A stretch of DNA of 64,000 nucleotides, taken from contig JACPUC010000002.1 in the NCBI GenBank assembly GCA_016192455.1, positions 62,001-126,000 on the forward strand, given 5' to 3'. Below are positions 39,197 through 49,539 of this stretch, one piece after another. Source of the stretch: Candidatus Tectimicrobiota bacterium. Lineage in GTDB: Bacteria; JACPUC01. The notes beneath the pieces are model-generated. The model was not told where the DNA came from. It ran no database searches and saw nothing but the letters and a program-made list of their open reading frames with translations. Position numbers and translations under genes: made by a program. Position 1 is the first letter of the stretch. The number at the start of each line of letters is the position of its first letter.

Positions 39197-40624
39197 CTAC
39201 GGCGCCCGCAGCTCGCGCTCCTGGTGGGCGCTGTGCAGATCGGTGAGGTAGCGGTTGCGCCACACCTGGGAGGTGGAGGTGGTGACGACCTTGTAGAGCG
39301 CCTCCCAACGTTTACGCCGCTGCCGCAGCGGCATCTCGAGGGCCTCTTTCAAGGCTCGGGCCGTGCCGTCGATGTCGTACGGGTTGACGATGAGCGCCTC
39401 TGTGAGCTCTTCGGCGGCGCCGCAGAAGCGCGACAGGACGAGAACGCCCGGCTCCCTGGTCTGCGAGGCGATGTACTCCTTCGCCACCAGGTTCATGCCG
39501 TCGCGCAAAGGCGTGACGAGGCAGACGTCCGCCACCCGGTAGATGGCGGCCAGCTCTTCCTGGCGAAAGGTCCGGTAGAGGTAGCGCACGGGAATCCAGT
39601 CGTGGTCGGAGAAACGCCCGTTGATATTACCGACAAGGCGGTCGACCTGTTCCTTCTGCTGCACGTACTCCGGCACATCGGTCCGCGAGGGGGCGGAGAT
39701 TTGCACCAGGCAGACCTTGCCGCGCCATGAGGGGAAACGCTCCAGGAGCCGCTGAAAGGCCTGCAGGCGTACGGGGATGCCCTTCGTGTAGTCGAGGCGG
39801 TCCACGCCGATGACGATGTGCCGGTCATTGACGCTCTTGCGCAAGGTGATGCCGCGCTGGATTCCCTCCGAGGTGCTTGCCCAGGTCCAGAAACGCTCCG
39901 GCTCGATGCCGATGGGGTAGACGCCGACGCGCGCCACGCCCTGGCTCGTGCGGAGGTAGGTGCCATCGAAGCCGCCGCCGAGCTCGAGCAGCGCGGTCTC
40001 CAGGAAGTTCTTCTGGTAGAGCTTGGTGTGAAAGCCGATGAGGTCGTACGACAGGAGGGCTTCGAGGAACTGCCGCGCCCAGGGGAGGGTGGCGTAGATT
40101 TCGGGAGCCGGAAAGGGGATGTGCAGGAAGAAGCCCATGCACCCTTCCCAGCCAAGATTATGGAGCTCGACGCCGAGCTGCAGGAGGTGGTAGTCGTGCA
40201 CCCACACGTCATCATCCGGTCGAAGCTCGGAGATGAGCGCCTCGGCGAAGCGCCGATTCACGCGCCGGTAAGCGCGATACTCCTCCTCCCGCAGCACCAT
40301 GAGGGCGGGGAAGCCGTGGAAGAGAGGCCAGATGGCGCGGTTCGAAAAGCCGAAGTAGTAGCGCTTCACCTCCTCGACCGAGAGATCGAGCATGCAGAGC
40401 TCGATGCTGGAGTCGGTCCAGCGGCGCAGTTCCGTCCTCGATCGCTGCGGCGTGGTCTGGCCGCTCCAGCCAAACCACAAGCCGCCGGTCTCCTCCAGCG
40501 CCGGCACCAGGGCGCTCACCAGGCCCCCCGCCTGCCGCGCGCCGGCGCCCTGCCCTGCCTCCTGCTCCATGAAGTTGGGCACCCGGTTGGAGACGACGAC
40601 GAGCCGACGACGCGGAGCCTCCAT
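39197..40624 (-). CDS. otsA: trehalose-6-phosphate synthase (GT20)
   Basis: VVSNR, GGLV, WVHDYHL, FLHIPFP, VDRLDYTKGI, DGMNLVAKEY. Confidence 0.9.
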   Translation of the reverse strand: MEAPRRRLVVVSNRVPNFMEQEAGQGAGARQAGGLVSALVPALEETGGLWFGWSGQTTPQRSRTELRRWTDSSIELCMLDLSVEEVKRYYFGFSNRAIWPLFHGFPALMVLREEEYRAYRRVNRRFAEALISELRPDDDVWVHDYHLLQLGVELHNLGWEGCMGFFLHIPFPAPEIYATLPWARQFLEALLSYDLIGFHTKLYQKNFLETALLELGGGFDGTYLRTSQGVARVGVYPIGIEPERFWTWASTSEGIQRGITLRKSVNDRHIVIGVDRLDYTKGIPVRLQAFQRLLERFPSWRGKVCLVQISAPSRTDVPEYVQQKEQVDRLVGNINGRFSDHDWIPVRYLYRTFRQEELAAIYRVADVCLVTPLRDGMNLVAKEYIASQTREPGVLVLSRFCGAAEELTEALIVNPYDIDGTARALKEALEMPLRQRRKRWEALYKVVTTSTSQVWRNRYLTDLHSAHQERELRAP

Positions 40625-41381
40625 GGGGATGCCGCTCCTCTCTCGCACCTGCGCGTTGGTCAGTGCTGGGCTGGTCCGGCGGATGATCTGAGGACCCTCG
40701 CACAAGCCGCTGCGTTGGGCATGCCGGATCACGCTCCGGCATCCTCACTCGCCTGCGCCGCGTCCCGCGGCGAACCAAGGACGTCGGCAGGACCGGCGCG
40801 CCCGCGTGCCGCCCTGGGACGACGCCCCCGCGCACGGGGAGCATTCCGTGACGCAGGGAGATCGCCGGCCATTGAACGGGGGCGCCTCTCCCGTCCGCAT
40901 GCGCCCCACACAGATCGGAACGAAGCGGGGGGGTCTCGGTGAGAGCTGGCCGCCCTTAATGTATCCTTTCAGGCGCCTCGTTAGCAACTCCCGGCGTCCA
41001 ATAGGTCATTCCGCTCATCCTTGCGCCGCGAAGGTGGCGAGGAGCGTCGCGGCTCGGCGTGGCGCGAGCTGCTCCGTGAGGCTTCGGCAGCGCGGCGCGG
41101 GGTGCGGACGTCCAGGCGCAACCATGCTGCTTGCCGCGGCGTCGGCGATTGGGTGTACCAAGGCGGCGGGGAGGAGCAGGAGCTTTCTCCGCGACGCGCC
41201 ATGAACGGCCGCGAACACCGGCGCCGCTCCAGCCCAGCCCGGGGCTCGTCGCCGGTATCGCCTGCGCTTCTTGACGATACCTCCATGTGCGTGCTATCAG
41301 AAAGCTGCGGTGGGTGCGCGCCGTTCCCGAATGGCCTGCCGAGGTCGATGCCGGTGGCGAGGAAGCCCGAGGGGAGGCAGC

Positions 41382-42272
41382 ATGCGGGTCATCATCCTCG
41401 GTTCAGGCGGTCCGCTGCCGGACCCCGAGCGCGGCGGGTCGGCGATCCTAATCTCCGTGGCGGGTCGGCACTACCTTTTCGACTGCGGTCAGGGGGCAAC
41501 TCGGCAGACGGTGCGGGCGAACGTCGATCCCGCGGAGGTGCACACCCTCTTCTTCTCCCACCTCCACTTCGACCATATCGCCGATTTCCCTTTCTTCATC
41601 CTGTCGAGCTGGATTTGCAATCGCGGCGAGCGCCCGACCGTCATCGGTCCTCGCGGCACCGACGCCTTTGTGAAGCACCTCTTCGCCGGGGGCGCCTACG
41701 CGGCCGATATCGAAGCGCGGCTGCAGTTCCGGCGCCGGCAGACGAACCGGTACGCTATCGAGCCGAACGTCGTGGAGTGCGAGCCCGGGGTAATCTTTGC
41801 GGATGGCGTCGTGACGGTGACGGCGGTGTACGTCGAGCACATCCCGCGAGAGATCTCCCCCTGCTTCGCTCTGCGCCTGGAGGCGGAAGGGCGCGCGCTG
41901 GTGTTCAGCGGCGACACCGCGCCCTGCGAGGCGGTGATCAAGCTGGCCGCGAACGCCGACTTGCTGCTGCACGAGTGCACCTTCCCCGAGCAAGCCATCG
42001 AGTTCCGCAAGAGCGCCGCGATCGGCACCTGGAGCCACACCAGCCCCATCGAGCTGGGCAAGATCGCCGCCAAGGCCGGGGTGAAGAGCCTGGTGGCAAC
42101 CCACTTCGCTCCCTGGGAGACGACTCACCCGCTGGTCAAGCGTCACCTGGCGCCCCACATGCCCGTGGACATCGTGGGACCGCACCTCGTCGATGAAGTG
42201 GTGGCGGATATCCGGCAGAACTACGCCGGCGAGCTCCGTCTGGCGGAAGATCTGATGCGCATCGATCTGTAG
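41382..42272 (+). CDS. MBL-fold hydrolase, RNase Z/AtsA-like
   Basis: ILGSGGP, FDCG, SHLHFDH, FSGDT, LHECT, SHT, ATH. Confidence 0.88.
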   Translation: MRVIILGSGGPLPDPERGGSAILISVAGRHYLFDCGQGATRQTVRANVDPAEVHTLFFSHLHFDHIADFPFFILSSWICNRGERPTVIGPRGTDAFVKHLFAGGAYAADIEARLQFRRRQTNRYAIEPNVVECEPGVIFADGVVTVTAVYVEHIPREISPCFALRLEAEGRALVFSGDTAPCEAVIKLAANADLLLHECTFPEQAIEFRKSAAIGTWSHTSPIELGKIAAKAGVKSLVATHFAPWETTHPLVKRHLAPHMPVDIVGPHLVDEVVADIRQNYAGELRLAEDLMRIDL

Positions 42273-42435
42273 GTTCGACCGCGACGGGGGACGGCTCGCC
42301 CTTCGCGGGACGAGGATGCCCAGAATAAGAGTGCGCCCACCCTTATCAGCATGAGGAACGGTGGGGCAGCGGCAGATCGAGGGGCCTGCGCACCCCCCCT
42401 CGCGCGCCAGCGGAGAGCCCGGCAAAGGAGAGACC

Positions 42436-43464
42436 ATGCGGCACCTCCAAAGGTCCAGGAGACGGAGGGTCATCGGCGGCATTGCAACGTGGCTGGTGCT
42501 GCTGGCATGCGTGGCGGTTGCCCCTGCCACCGCGACGCCGCTCGTCGTGCGCCTCGGCTGGATCACCGCGCCGGCGGAGATCATGCCGATGGTCTACATG
42601 CACCCGACGATGCTCAAGCACTACGGCAAGTCCTATACCGTCGAGCTGACGCGCTTCCGCGGCTCGGGGCCGCCGGTGGCCGCCCTGGCGGCCAAGGAGG
42701 TCGACCTCGCCGCGCTCTCCTATGCCAGCTTTGCCAACGCCATCCTCAACGCCAAGCTGGACCTGCGCGTTGTGGCCGATGACCTGCAACTGCGCAAGGA
42801 GAACTTCAGCGGCGCGTTCGTCGTCAAGCCGGATTCCGCTATCACGTCGGTGGCGCAGATTCGGGGCAAGACCGTCGGCGTGCAGTCGTTCGGCTCCGGG
42901 GCCGATCTCTCCCTGCGCATGATGATGCGGCGTCACGGCCTGGAGGCGTTTCGCGACTACAACATCATCGAGGTGGGTATCCCCAACCAGCTTGCCTATC
43001 TTCAGGAGGGGAAGCTGGACGTCGCCAACCTCACCCAGCCGTTCTACTCACGGGCCCTGGCCCAGAAGAAGGGGCGACCGCTCTTCTTCAACGCCGATTC
43101 CCTCGGCAATACGCAGTTCGTCTTCTACGTGGCTCGGCGGGAGTTCCTCGACCGCCATCGCGCTGTGCTGGGGGACTTCTTCGAGGACTTCCTGCGCGGC
43201 TGGCGCTGGGTGCTCGCGCCGGCGAACCGTGATGCGGTGCTGGACCTGGCGGCCAGGGTCACAAAGCAACCGCGCGCCATCTACGAGTCGTGGATGCTGA
43301 CGAAGCTCGACTACTTCAGGGACGCCGATGCTCTCCCAGACATCGCGGCTCTCAATACCAGCCTGGCGCAGCTCAAGGAGATGGGCTTCACCAAGGAGAG
43401 CTTCGACGCTACGCCATACCTCGACCTCTCGTTCATCAAGCAAGCGGCCGAGCGGTTGCGCTGA
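42436..43464 (+). CDS. ABC substrate-binding protein, SsuA/NMT1 type
   Basis: Signal peptide, SVAQIRGKTVGV; AAGGAG RBS. Confidence 0.85.
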   Translation: MRHLQRSRRRRVIGGIATWLVLLACVAVAPATATPLVVRLGWITAPAEIMPMVYMHPTMLKHYGKSYTVELTRFRGSGPPVAALAAKEVDLAALSYASFANAILNAKLDLRVVADDLQLRKENFSGAFVVKPDSAITSVAQIRGKTVGVQSFGSGADLSLRMMMRRHGLEAFRDYNIIEVGIPNQLAYLQEGKLDVANLTQPFYSRALAQKKGRPLFFNADSLGNTQFVFYVARREFLDRHRAVLGDFFEDFLRGWRWVLAPANRDAVLDLAARVTKQPRAIYESWMLTKLDYFRDADALPDIAALNTSLAQLKEMGFTKESFDATPYLDLSFIKQAAERLR

Positions 43465-43584
43465 GGCCCGCCACGGCTGCTGGCGTCGCAAGGCATGGCA
43501 GCGGCCCGGCAGGAGCGCTGCCAGCGCCCAGGCAGTGGTTTCGCGCACGAACGGTTCACGCCCTGGACAGGAGGCACCTCGAGC

Positions 43585-44073
43585 ATGAGTGCGGCGTCTA
43601 GCGGTCCCGCGCCCTTGTCGCGACGCGGCGGGTGGTGGCGGCGGCTCGTCGATGGTGAAGATGGTGGAGGCCGCTCGGTCCCCCACGAGCTCAACCGCGT
43701 GCTGCGTGAGAAGCGCTGCATGGTCGCCCTCGGCGAGGAGTTCCTCGGCGGCCCGGGCTATGTCTGGGCGCGCCCGACGGTGCGGGCGTACATTGCCGCG
43801 GAAGAGGCGATGATCGCCCTGGTCGAGGAGGTGATCCGCGACGCCGGCGGCTTCCCCACCGTGGATGCCGCTCCGGTTCCTGCCGCGCGCACGCAGCGGG
43901 ACGCACTCAGCGCCGCCTGGGAGAAGCTGCGCGGGGAGATCGACCGCTGCCACGCGCTCATGCAGTGGGCCGAGGACGAGGGGGAGGAGCAGGTGCGCCG
44001 GCTCCTCCACAACCTCCTGGCGGAGGCGAGGCGCTGGGATACGGAGCTGCGCCGTATGCTCATGAAAATGTAG
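43585..44073 (+). CDS. hypothetical helical protein, possible ferritin-like four-helix bundle
   Basis: AGGAGG RBS, GC-biased codons, amphipathic helices; no clear ExxH pair. Confidence 0.55.
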   Translation: MSAASSGPAPLSRRGGWWRRLVDGEDGGGRSVPHELNRVLREKRCMVALGEEFLGGPGYVWARPTVRAYIAAEEAMIALVEEVIRDAGGFPTVDAAPVPAARTQRDALSAAWEKLRGEIDRCHALMQWAEDEGEEQVRRLLHNLLAEARRWDTELRRMLMKM

Positions 44074-44133
44074 CGCCGGCGGCTGCTATGCCTTGGCGGG
44101 GCGCGCGCCGTGCCCGGGGAAGGGAGGAGGGCC

Positions 44134-44868
44134 ATGTACGGCTGGCGGGGCCGCATCGGCCTCATGACGGTCGCCAACAACATCACCTGCGAGCAGGAGA
44201 TGGCGCGCCTCTGCCCCGAAGGCGTGGCCACGATCGTGACGCGCATCGACTTCACGCCGACCCTCGAGGGCCTCCATGCCCTGCATGACGGCGTTGAAAC
44301 CGCCGCGCGGCTCCTCGCCTCCGAGCAGCTCAGCGACCTCATTCTCTTCGGCTGCACCATCGGCAGCATGGTGAAGGGGCCGGACTACGACCTCGAGATC
44401 GCGGCCCTCATCGAGCGCGCCGCCAAGACCCCGGCCATCACCGTCACCACCGCGGTGAAGGAGGCCCTGCGGGAGCTGGGTCTGCGCCGCCTCGCCGTGG
44501 CCACACCCTACACCGCGGACATCTGCCGCCTCGAGCGCGACGTGATGACGCGGATGGGATTCGAGATCGTCGATCTGCGAAGCTGCCACGAACACTTCGA
44601 CCCCGCCGCCCTGCGCAACGAGATGATCGGTCGGCTGAGCCCCGGCGACACCTACCGCTTGGTGCGCTCCCTGAACCTCGAGCACGCCGACGGTGTCTTC
44701 ATAAGCTGCACGAACTTCCGCAGCATCGAAGTGATCCAGGCCCTCGAGGACGACCTGGGCCTGCCGGTGATCTCGAGCAACCTCGCCGGCATGTGGCTCG
44801 CCCTGCGGCGCCTCGGCGTGCGGGAGCCAATCCCAGGCTATGGACGGCTGCTGCGGGAGCACTGCTGA
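44134..44868 (+). CDS. maleate cis-trans isomerase / Asp-Glu racemase / arylmalonate decarboxylase family protein
   Basis: MYGWRGRIG, FGCT, VATPY, FISCTN, LGLPVISSN; both catalytic Cys present. Confidence 0.9.
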   Translation: MYGWRGRIGLMTVANNITCEQEMARLCPEGVATIVTRIDFTPTLEGLHALHDGVETAARLLASEQLSDLILFGCTIGSMVKGPDYDLEIAALIERAAKTPAITVTTAVKEALRELGLRRLAVATPYTADICRLERDVMTRMGFEIVDLRSCHEHFDPAALRNEMIGRLSPGDTYRLVRSLNLEHADGVFISCTNFRSIEVIQALEDDLGLPVISSNLAGMWLALRRLGVREPIPGYGRLLREHC

Positions 44869-44895
44869 GCAGCGTCCAGGGCGCACCCAGGCTGA

Positions 44896-45174
44896 CTGCG
44901 GCGTCCTCCGCGTCTCCGCGGTTGGAATTCACCGCCGAGACGCAGAGGGCGCGGAGGAAGGGTGAACCAAAGATGGACACGAATGCCCACGGATCGGTGT
45001 CCATTGGTGGTCATCCGTGGTTCCTTGCTTTCCGATGGTAGGGGCGGTTCGCGAACCGCCCCTACGGTTGCCGTGGTGGAAGCCGGTTCTCCCATCTCTG
45101 CGTTCTCTGCGTCTCCGCGGTTAAATCCTCTGCGGTTCCATGGAGTGCACCGCGGAGACGCAGAGGGCGCGGAG
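44896..45174. repeat. nested cluster of three palindromic extragenic repeat families
   Basis: CACCGC(C/G)GAGACGCAGAGGGCGCGGAG at 44930 and 45148 with inverted copies at 44896 and 45096; an AACCA..GAT..ACACG..CACGGAT inverted pair at 44965-45022; a GTAG palindrome at 45038. Confidence 0.8.
45038..45065. repeat. GTAG-type REP, perfect 28-bp palindrome
   Basis: GTAGGGGCGGTTCG|CGAACCGCCCCTAC. Confidence 0.85.
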
Positions 45175-45439
45175 CTTTTGTCAAACGGGTTGCCTGTCCC
45201 GCGACGAGATGGGGCAGGCAGGGAGATCAGCCCACCACCCAGCTCGCCACGCCGCCGTGCCCTCCCTTCGTCTCCCCGCCGCGTTCTCATAACCGCTCAA
45301 TAGTCAACTTCTTTACTTTTTTCTGGCCTTTCTCCTTCGCCTCGGGTATAGTCAAGCCTTCGCGCCGGGTGCAGGCTGTTGAGGAGCTGGCCGGGGACGA
45401 CGCCGGCAGGTGCTCCACCTCGACGACGCGGGAGAGGCA

Positions 45440-47422
45440 ATGATGCTGGTGGTGGGAATAGATATCGGCGGCACGTTCACGGACTTCATCACCTTTGATG
45501 GCAAGGAGATGCGCACCCACAAGGTGCTGAGCACGCCGTCGAACCAGTCCATGGCGGTGCTGCAAGGGCTGCGCGAGCTCGGTGTGCTGGGCGAGCCCGA
45601 CCTCGAAATCGTGCACGGCTCCACGGTGGCGACGAATGCCCTGCTGGAGCGCAAAGGCGGCAAGGTCGCCCTGATCACCACGCAGGGATTCGAGGACGTG
45701 CTGGAGATCGGGCGCCAGAACCGCCCCAGCCTCTACGACCTCAACGTGCAGCGCCTGCCGCCGTTGGTCCCCTCGGAGCGCCGACTCGGGGTGCCGGAAC
45801 GCACGATTTACACCGGCGAGGTCATCCAGCCGCTCGACGAGGCGGCGGCCCGCCGGGTGGCGCGACAGGTGAAGGACCTCGGCGTCGACTCCCTGGCCAT
45901 CTGCTTGCTCTTCTCTTACGCCAACCCCTCCCACGAGCAGCGCCTGGTGGAGCTGTGCAAGGAGGCCGGCATCAAGGGCTTCATCAGCGCCTCGCACCAA
46001 ATCCTGCCGGAGTACCGCGAGTATGAGCGCACCAGCACCACGGTGGTGAACGCCTACGTGGTGCCGGTGATGGACCGCTACCTCTCGCGCCTCTCCGCCG
46101 AGCTGGGCGCCACGCCGCTGCGCATCATGCAATCGAACGGCGGCGCCATCTCCGCCGAGACGGCGAAGACCGAGTCGATCCGCACGGTCCTCTCCGGTCC
46201 CGCCGGCGGCGTGGTGGGAGCCCTCTTCCTGGCGCGGCTCTCCGGCTACGACCACATCATCAGCTTCGATATGGGCGGCACCTCGACCGACGTCTCCCTT
46301 TGCGAAGGCGGCATCAACACCACCACCGAGTCGGTGGTCGCCGGCAATGCCGTGCGCGTGCCGATGATCGAGCTGCACACCGTCGGCGCCGGCGGCGGCT
46401 CCATCGCCCGCCTCGATGAAGGTGGCGCCCTGCGCGTCGGACCGGAGAGCGCCGGCGCCGACCCCGGCCCCATCTGTTACGGCAAGGGGACGGAGATCGC
46501 CGTCACCGACGCGAACGTCGTCCTCGGCCGCATCAGCCCCGATCACTTCCTGGGCGGCCGCATGAAGCTGCACGACGAGGCGGCGCGCCGCGCCGTGGAC
46601 GAGCTGGCGCGCGCCATGCGCATGAGCCGCGAGGCGGTCGCCGAGGGCATCGTGCGGGTGGCCAACGCCACCATGCAGCGCGCCATCCAGGTCATGTCCG
46701 TGGAGCGCGGCCACGACCCGCGCGATTTCGCCCTCCTCTCCTTCGGCGGCGCCGGCGGGCTGCATTGCTGCGAGCTGGCCGAGAACCTCTCCATCCCGCG
46801 CCTCATCATCCCGAACCACGCCGGCCTCCTCTCCGCCTTCGGCATGATCACCTCCGACGTGGTGAAGGACTACTCGCAGACCGTTCTCATCAACACCGCC
46901 GCAACAAGCCAGGCCGACCTCGCGAAGCTCTTCGAGCCGCTCGATCAGCGCGGCCTCGACGAGATGCTGGCCGAGGGGCTGCCGCGCCAGCGCCTACGCT
47001 TCGCGCGCAGCCTCGACATGCGCTACATCGGCCAGAGCTTCGAGATCAGCGTGCCGTGGATGGACGACTACATCGCCGAGTTCCACCGGCTGCACGGGGT
47101 GCGCTACGGCTACAGCAACCCGAAACGACCCACCGAGATCGTCAACCTGCGGCTGCGCACGAGCGGCGAGGTGACGCCGCCGGAGTTCCCGCGGCTGCCG
47201 GCGGGATCCGCCGATCCCGGCGCCGCGCGCCTCGGCGCCAGCCCCGTCTACTACCGCGGCGCCTGGCACGACACGCCGCTCTACGAGCGCGAGCGCCTGC
47301 AGGCCGGCAACACCATCGACGGCCTCGCCGTGGTCTACGAGAAGACCGCCACGACCCTCATCACCCCCGGCTTCCAGGGCGTCGTCGACGAAGTGGGCAA
47401 CATCATCCTGACGCGGAAGTGA
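45440..47422 (+). CDS. hydantoinase/oxoprolinase subunit A
   Basis: GIDIGGTFTD, HGSTVATNALLE, SGPAGG, DMGGTSTD, GAGGGS, SAGADPGP. Confidence 0.95.
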   Translation: MMLVVGIDIGGTFTDFITFDGKEMRTHKVLSTPSNQSMAVLQGLRELGVLGEPDLEIVHGSTVATNALLERKGGKVALITTQGFEDVLEIGRQNRPSLYDLNVQRLPPLVPSERRLGVPERTIYTGEVIQPLDEAAARRVARQVKDLGVDSLAICLLFSYANPSHEQRLVELCKEAGIKGFISASHQILPEYREYERTSTTVVNAYVVPVMDRYLSRLSAELGATPLRIMQSNGGAISAETAKTESIRTVLSGPAGGVVGALFLARLSGYDHIISFDMGGTSTDVSLCEGGINTTTESVVAGNAVRVPMIELHTVGAGGGSIARLDEGGALRVGPESAGADPGPICYGKGTEIAVTDANVVLGRISPDHFLGGRMKLHDEAARRAVDELARAMRMSREAVAEGIVRVANATMQRAIQVMSVERGHDPRDFALLSFGGAGGLHCCELAENLSIPRLIIPNHAGLLSAFGMITSDVVKDYSQTVLINTAATSQADLAKLFEPLDQRGLDEMLAEGLPRQRLRFARSLDMRYIGQSFEISVPWMDDYIAEFHRLHGVRYGYSNPKRPTEIVNLRLRTSGEVTPPEFPRLPAGSADPGAARLGASPVYYRGAWHDTPLYERERLQAGNTIDGLAVVYEKTATTLITPGFQGVVDEVGNIILTRK

Positions 47423-47475
47423 AGCAACCGGGAGCTGGGGGAAGGCGCACCGGCTCCCGGTCGAAGGAAACCTCG

Positions 47476-49041
47476 ATGTACGATCCCATCCGCCTGGAGA
47501 TTTTCAAGAATCTCTTTGTGGCCGCGGCCGAGGAGATGGGGGTGACGCTGGGTCGCACCAGCTTCTCGCCGAACATCAAGGAGCGGCGCGACTACTCCTG
47601 CGCCGTCTTCGACGGCCGCGGCGACATGGTGGCGCAGGCGGCGCACATCCCGGTGCACCTCGGCTCGCAGCCGCTCTCGGTCCTCAGCGTCATCGAGCAC
47701 CTGGCGCTCGAGCGCGGCGACGTTGCGATCCTCAACGATCCCTTCCGCGGCGGCACGCACCTGCCGGACATCACCCTCGTCTCCCCCGTCTTCGTCCCCG
47801 GCGACGACAAGCCGATGTTCTTCGTGGCGAACCGCGCCCACCACGCCGACGTGGGGGGCATGACCGCCGGCTCGCTGCCGATGGCGACGGAAATCTACCA
47901 GGAAGGGATCATCATCCCGCCGGTGAAGATCGTCGAGAAGGGACGGCTGAGCGAGGGGATCATGAACCTGATCCTGGCCAACGTGCGCACGCCCCAGGAG
48001 CGCGAGGGAGACCTCTCGGCGCAGATGGCGGCCAACAACACCGGCGAGCGGCGCCTCCTGGAGATCGTCGAGCGCAACGGCAAGGAGGTGACGGCGCAGT
48101 ACATGAAGGAACTGCAGAACTACGCCGAGCGCATGACGCGCGAGGCCATCCGCCAACTCCCCGACGGCGTCTACGAGTTCGAAGACTACATGGATAACGA
48201 CGGCATCACCGATGAGCCGATCCGCATCAAGGTGGCGATCACCATCAAGGGGGATGAGGCGGTCATCGACTTCACCGGCAGCCAGCCGCAGGTGGCCGGC
48301 GGGGTGAACGCCGTCTACGCCGTCACCCTGTCGGCGGCGTTCTACGTCTTCCGCTGCAGCGTCGGCTACGACATTCCCTCGAACAGCGGCTGCATGGCGC
48401 CGATCAAGGTGATCGCGCCGGAAGGGACGGTGGTGAATGCGCGTCCCCCGGCGGCGGTGGTCGGCGGCAACGTGGAAACCTCGCAGCGCATGGTGGATGT
48501 GCTGCTGGGAGCCATGGCGAAGGCGGCGCCGGAGAAATACCCGGCGGCGAGCTGCGGCAGCATGAACAACATCACCATCGGCGGCATCGACCCGCGCAGC
48601 GGCAAGCCGTTTGCCTACTACGAGACCATCGCCGGCGGCATGGGGGCGCGCCCGACCAGCAACGGCCTCGACGGCGTCCACACCCACATGACGAACACCC
48701 TCAACACGCCGGTGGAGGCCATCGAGGTGGCCTACCCGTTCCGCGTCACCTGCTACGCGCTGCGGCGGGGCTCCGGCGGCAAGGGGAAGTTTCGCGGCGG
48801 CGACGGCGTCATCCGGGAGCTGGAGCTGCGCTGCGACGCGCAGGTGACCATCCTCTCCGAACGCCGCAAGTTCGCCCCCTACGGCGTCTTGGGAGGGGAA
48901 TCCGGCAAGCCGGGGGAGAACCTGCACATCCGCAACGGCGAGCGCCGGGTGTTGCCGTCGAAGATCAATTTCGTCGCCAAGGTTGGCGATAGCGTCAGCA
49001 TCGCAACGCCGGGCGGCGGCGGTTACGGGAGTCCCGGTTGA
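47476..49041 (+). CDS. hydantoinase B/oxoprolinase subunit
   Basis: [51 protein letters not shown]. Confidence 0.95.
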   Translation: MYDPIRLEIFKNLFVAAAEEMGVTLGRTSFSPNIKERRDYSCAVFDGRGDMVAQAAHIPVHLGSQPLSVLSVIEHLALERGDVAILNDPFRGGTHLPDITLVSPVFVPGDDKPMFFVANRAHHADVGGMTAGSLPMATEIYQEGIIIPPVKIVEKGRLSEGIMNLILANVRTPQEREGDLSAQMAANNTGERRLLEIVERNGKEVTAQYMKELQNYAERMTREAIRQLPDGVYEFEDYMDNDGITDEPIRIKVAITIKGDEAVIDFTGSQPQVAGGVNAVYAVTLSAAFYVFRCSVGYDIPSNSGCMAPIKVIAPEGTVVNARPPAAVVGGNVETSQRMVDVLLGAMAKAAPEKYPAASCGSMNNITIGGIDPRSGKPFAYYETIAGGMGARPTSNGLDGVHTHMTNTLNTPVEAIEVAYPFRVTCYALRRGSGGKGKFRGGDGVIRELELRCDAQVTILSERRKFAPYGVLGGESGKPGENLHIRNGERRVLPSKINFVAKVGDSVSIATPGGGGYGSPG

Positions 49042-49448
49042 GCAGGTGGAGACTCCAGGGTGCTGCGTCGGAACCCCCGGGCGATCTCTCGCAGGGTCAA
49101 AGGATAGTGCCGTGCCGGCGGTGGATCCGGGTGTGATGCCCTTACGAGTCTGCTCTTTGTCAACAGAAGGGAGCGCGTTTCGGAGTGTGTCCGTGGAGAT
49201 CGAGGCCGCTGGGACATGGAGGGCAGTGCTCAGCAGCGGCAGGTGTGGCATGAGGGCGGGATCGGTTCCTCGGAACCCTCCCTCCCATCCTCGAGGTCTT
49301 CGCGGAACTCCTTGCCGAATACGCCGTTAGCCTATCAGACTCGCCACGCCGAGGCAGAGTGCAAGGCTGCGCTCCAGGTAGGTGGAGCTCGCTTCCCGGG
49401 AGTGCTGAGGAGGGGATGGGGCGGTGACAAAAAGTGCCGGGAGTGAAA

Positions 49449-49482
49449 AAAATGTGGTAAAATTTTGAAAATGTGGTACCAT
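49449..49482 (+). promoter_or_regulatory. AAAATGTGGTA direct repeat (19-bp period), forming tandem extended -10 elements
   Basis: TGTGGTAAAAT and TGTGGTACCAT in an AT-rich patch upstream of a small ORF. Confidence 0.45.
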
Positions 49483-49539
49483 TGAAAAGCTATGGCTGTT
49501 CACATTAACCGACTACGGTCTACGAACTATGGAGCTGGG

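Noticed and set aside
44896-45174. CRISPR array
   Set aside because: Repeats alternate in orientation, are degenerate and irregularly spaced, and there are no cas genes.
46765-47475. Long N-terminal extension of hydantoinase B, or an A-B fusion
   Set aside because: It is an Arg/Pro-rich off-frame overlap with subunit A. A has its own stop and B has an RBS before ATG 47476.
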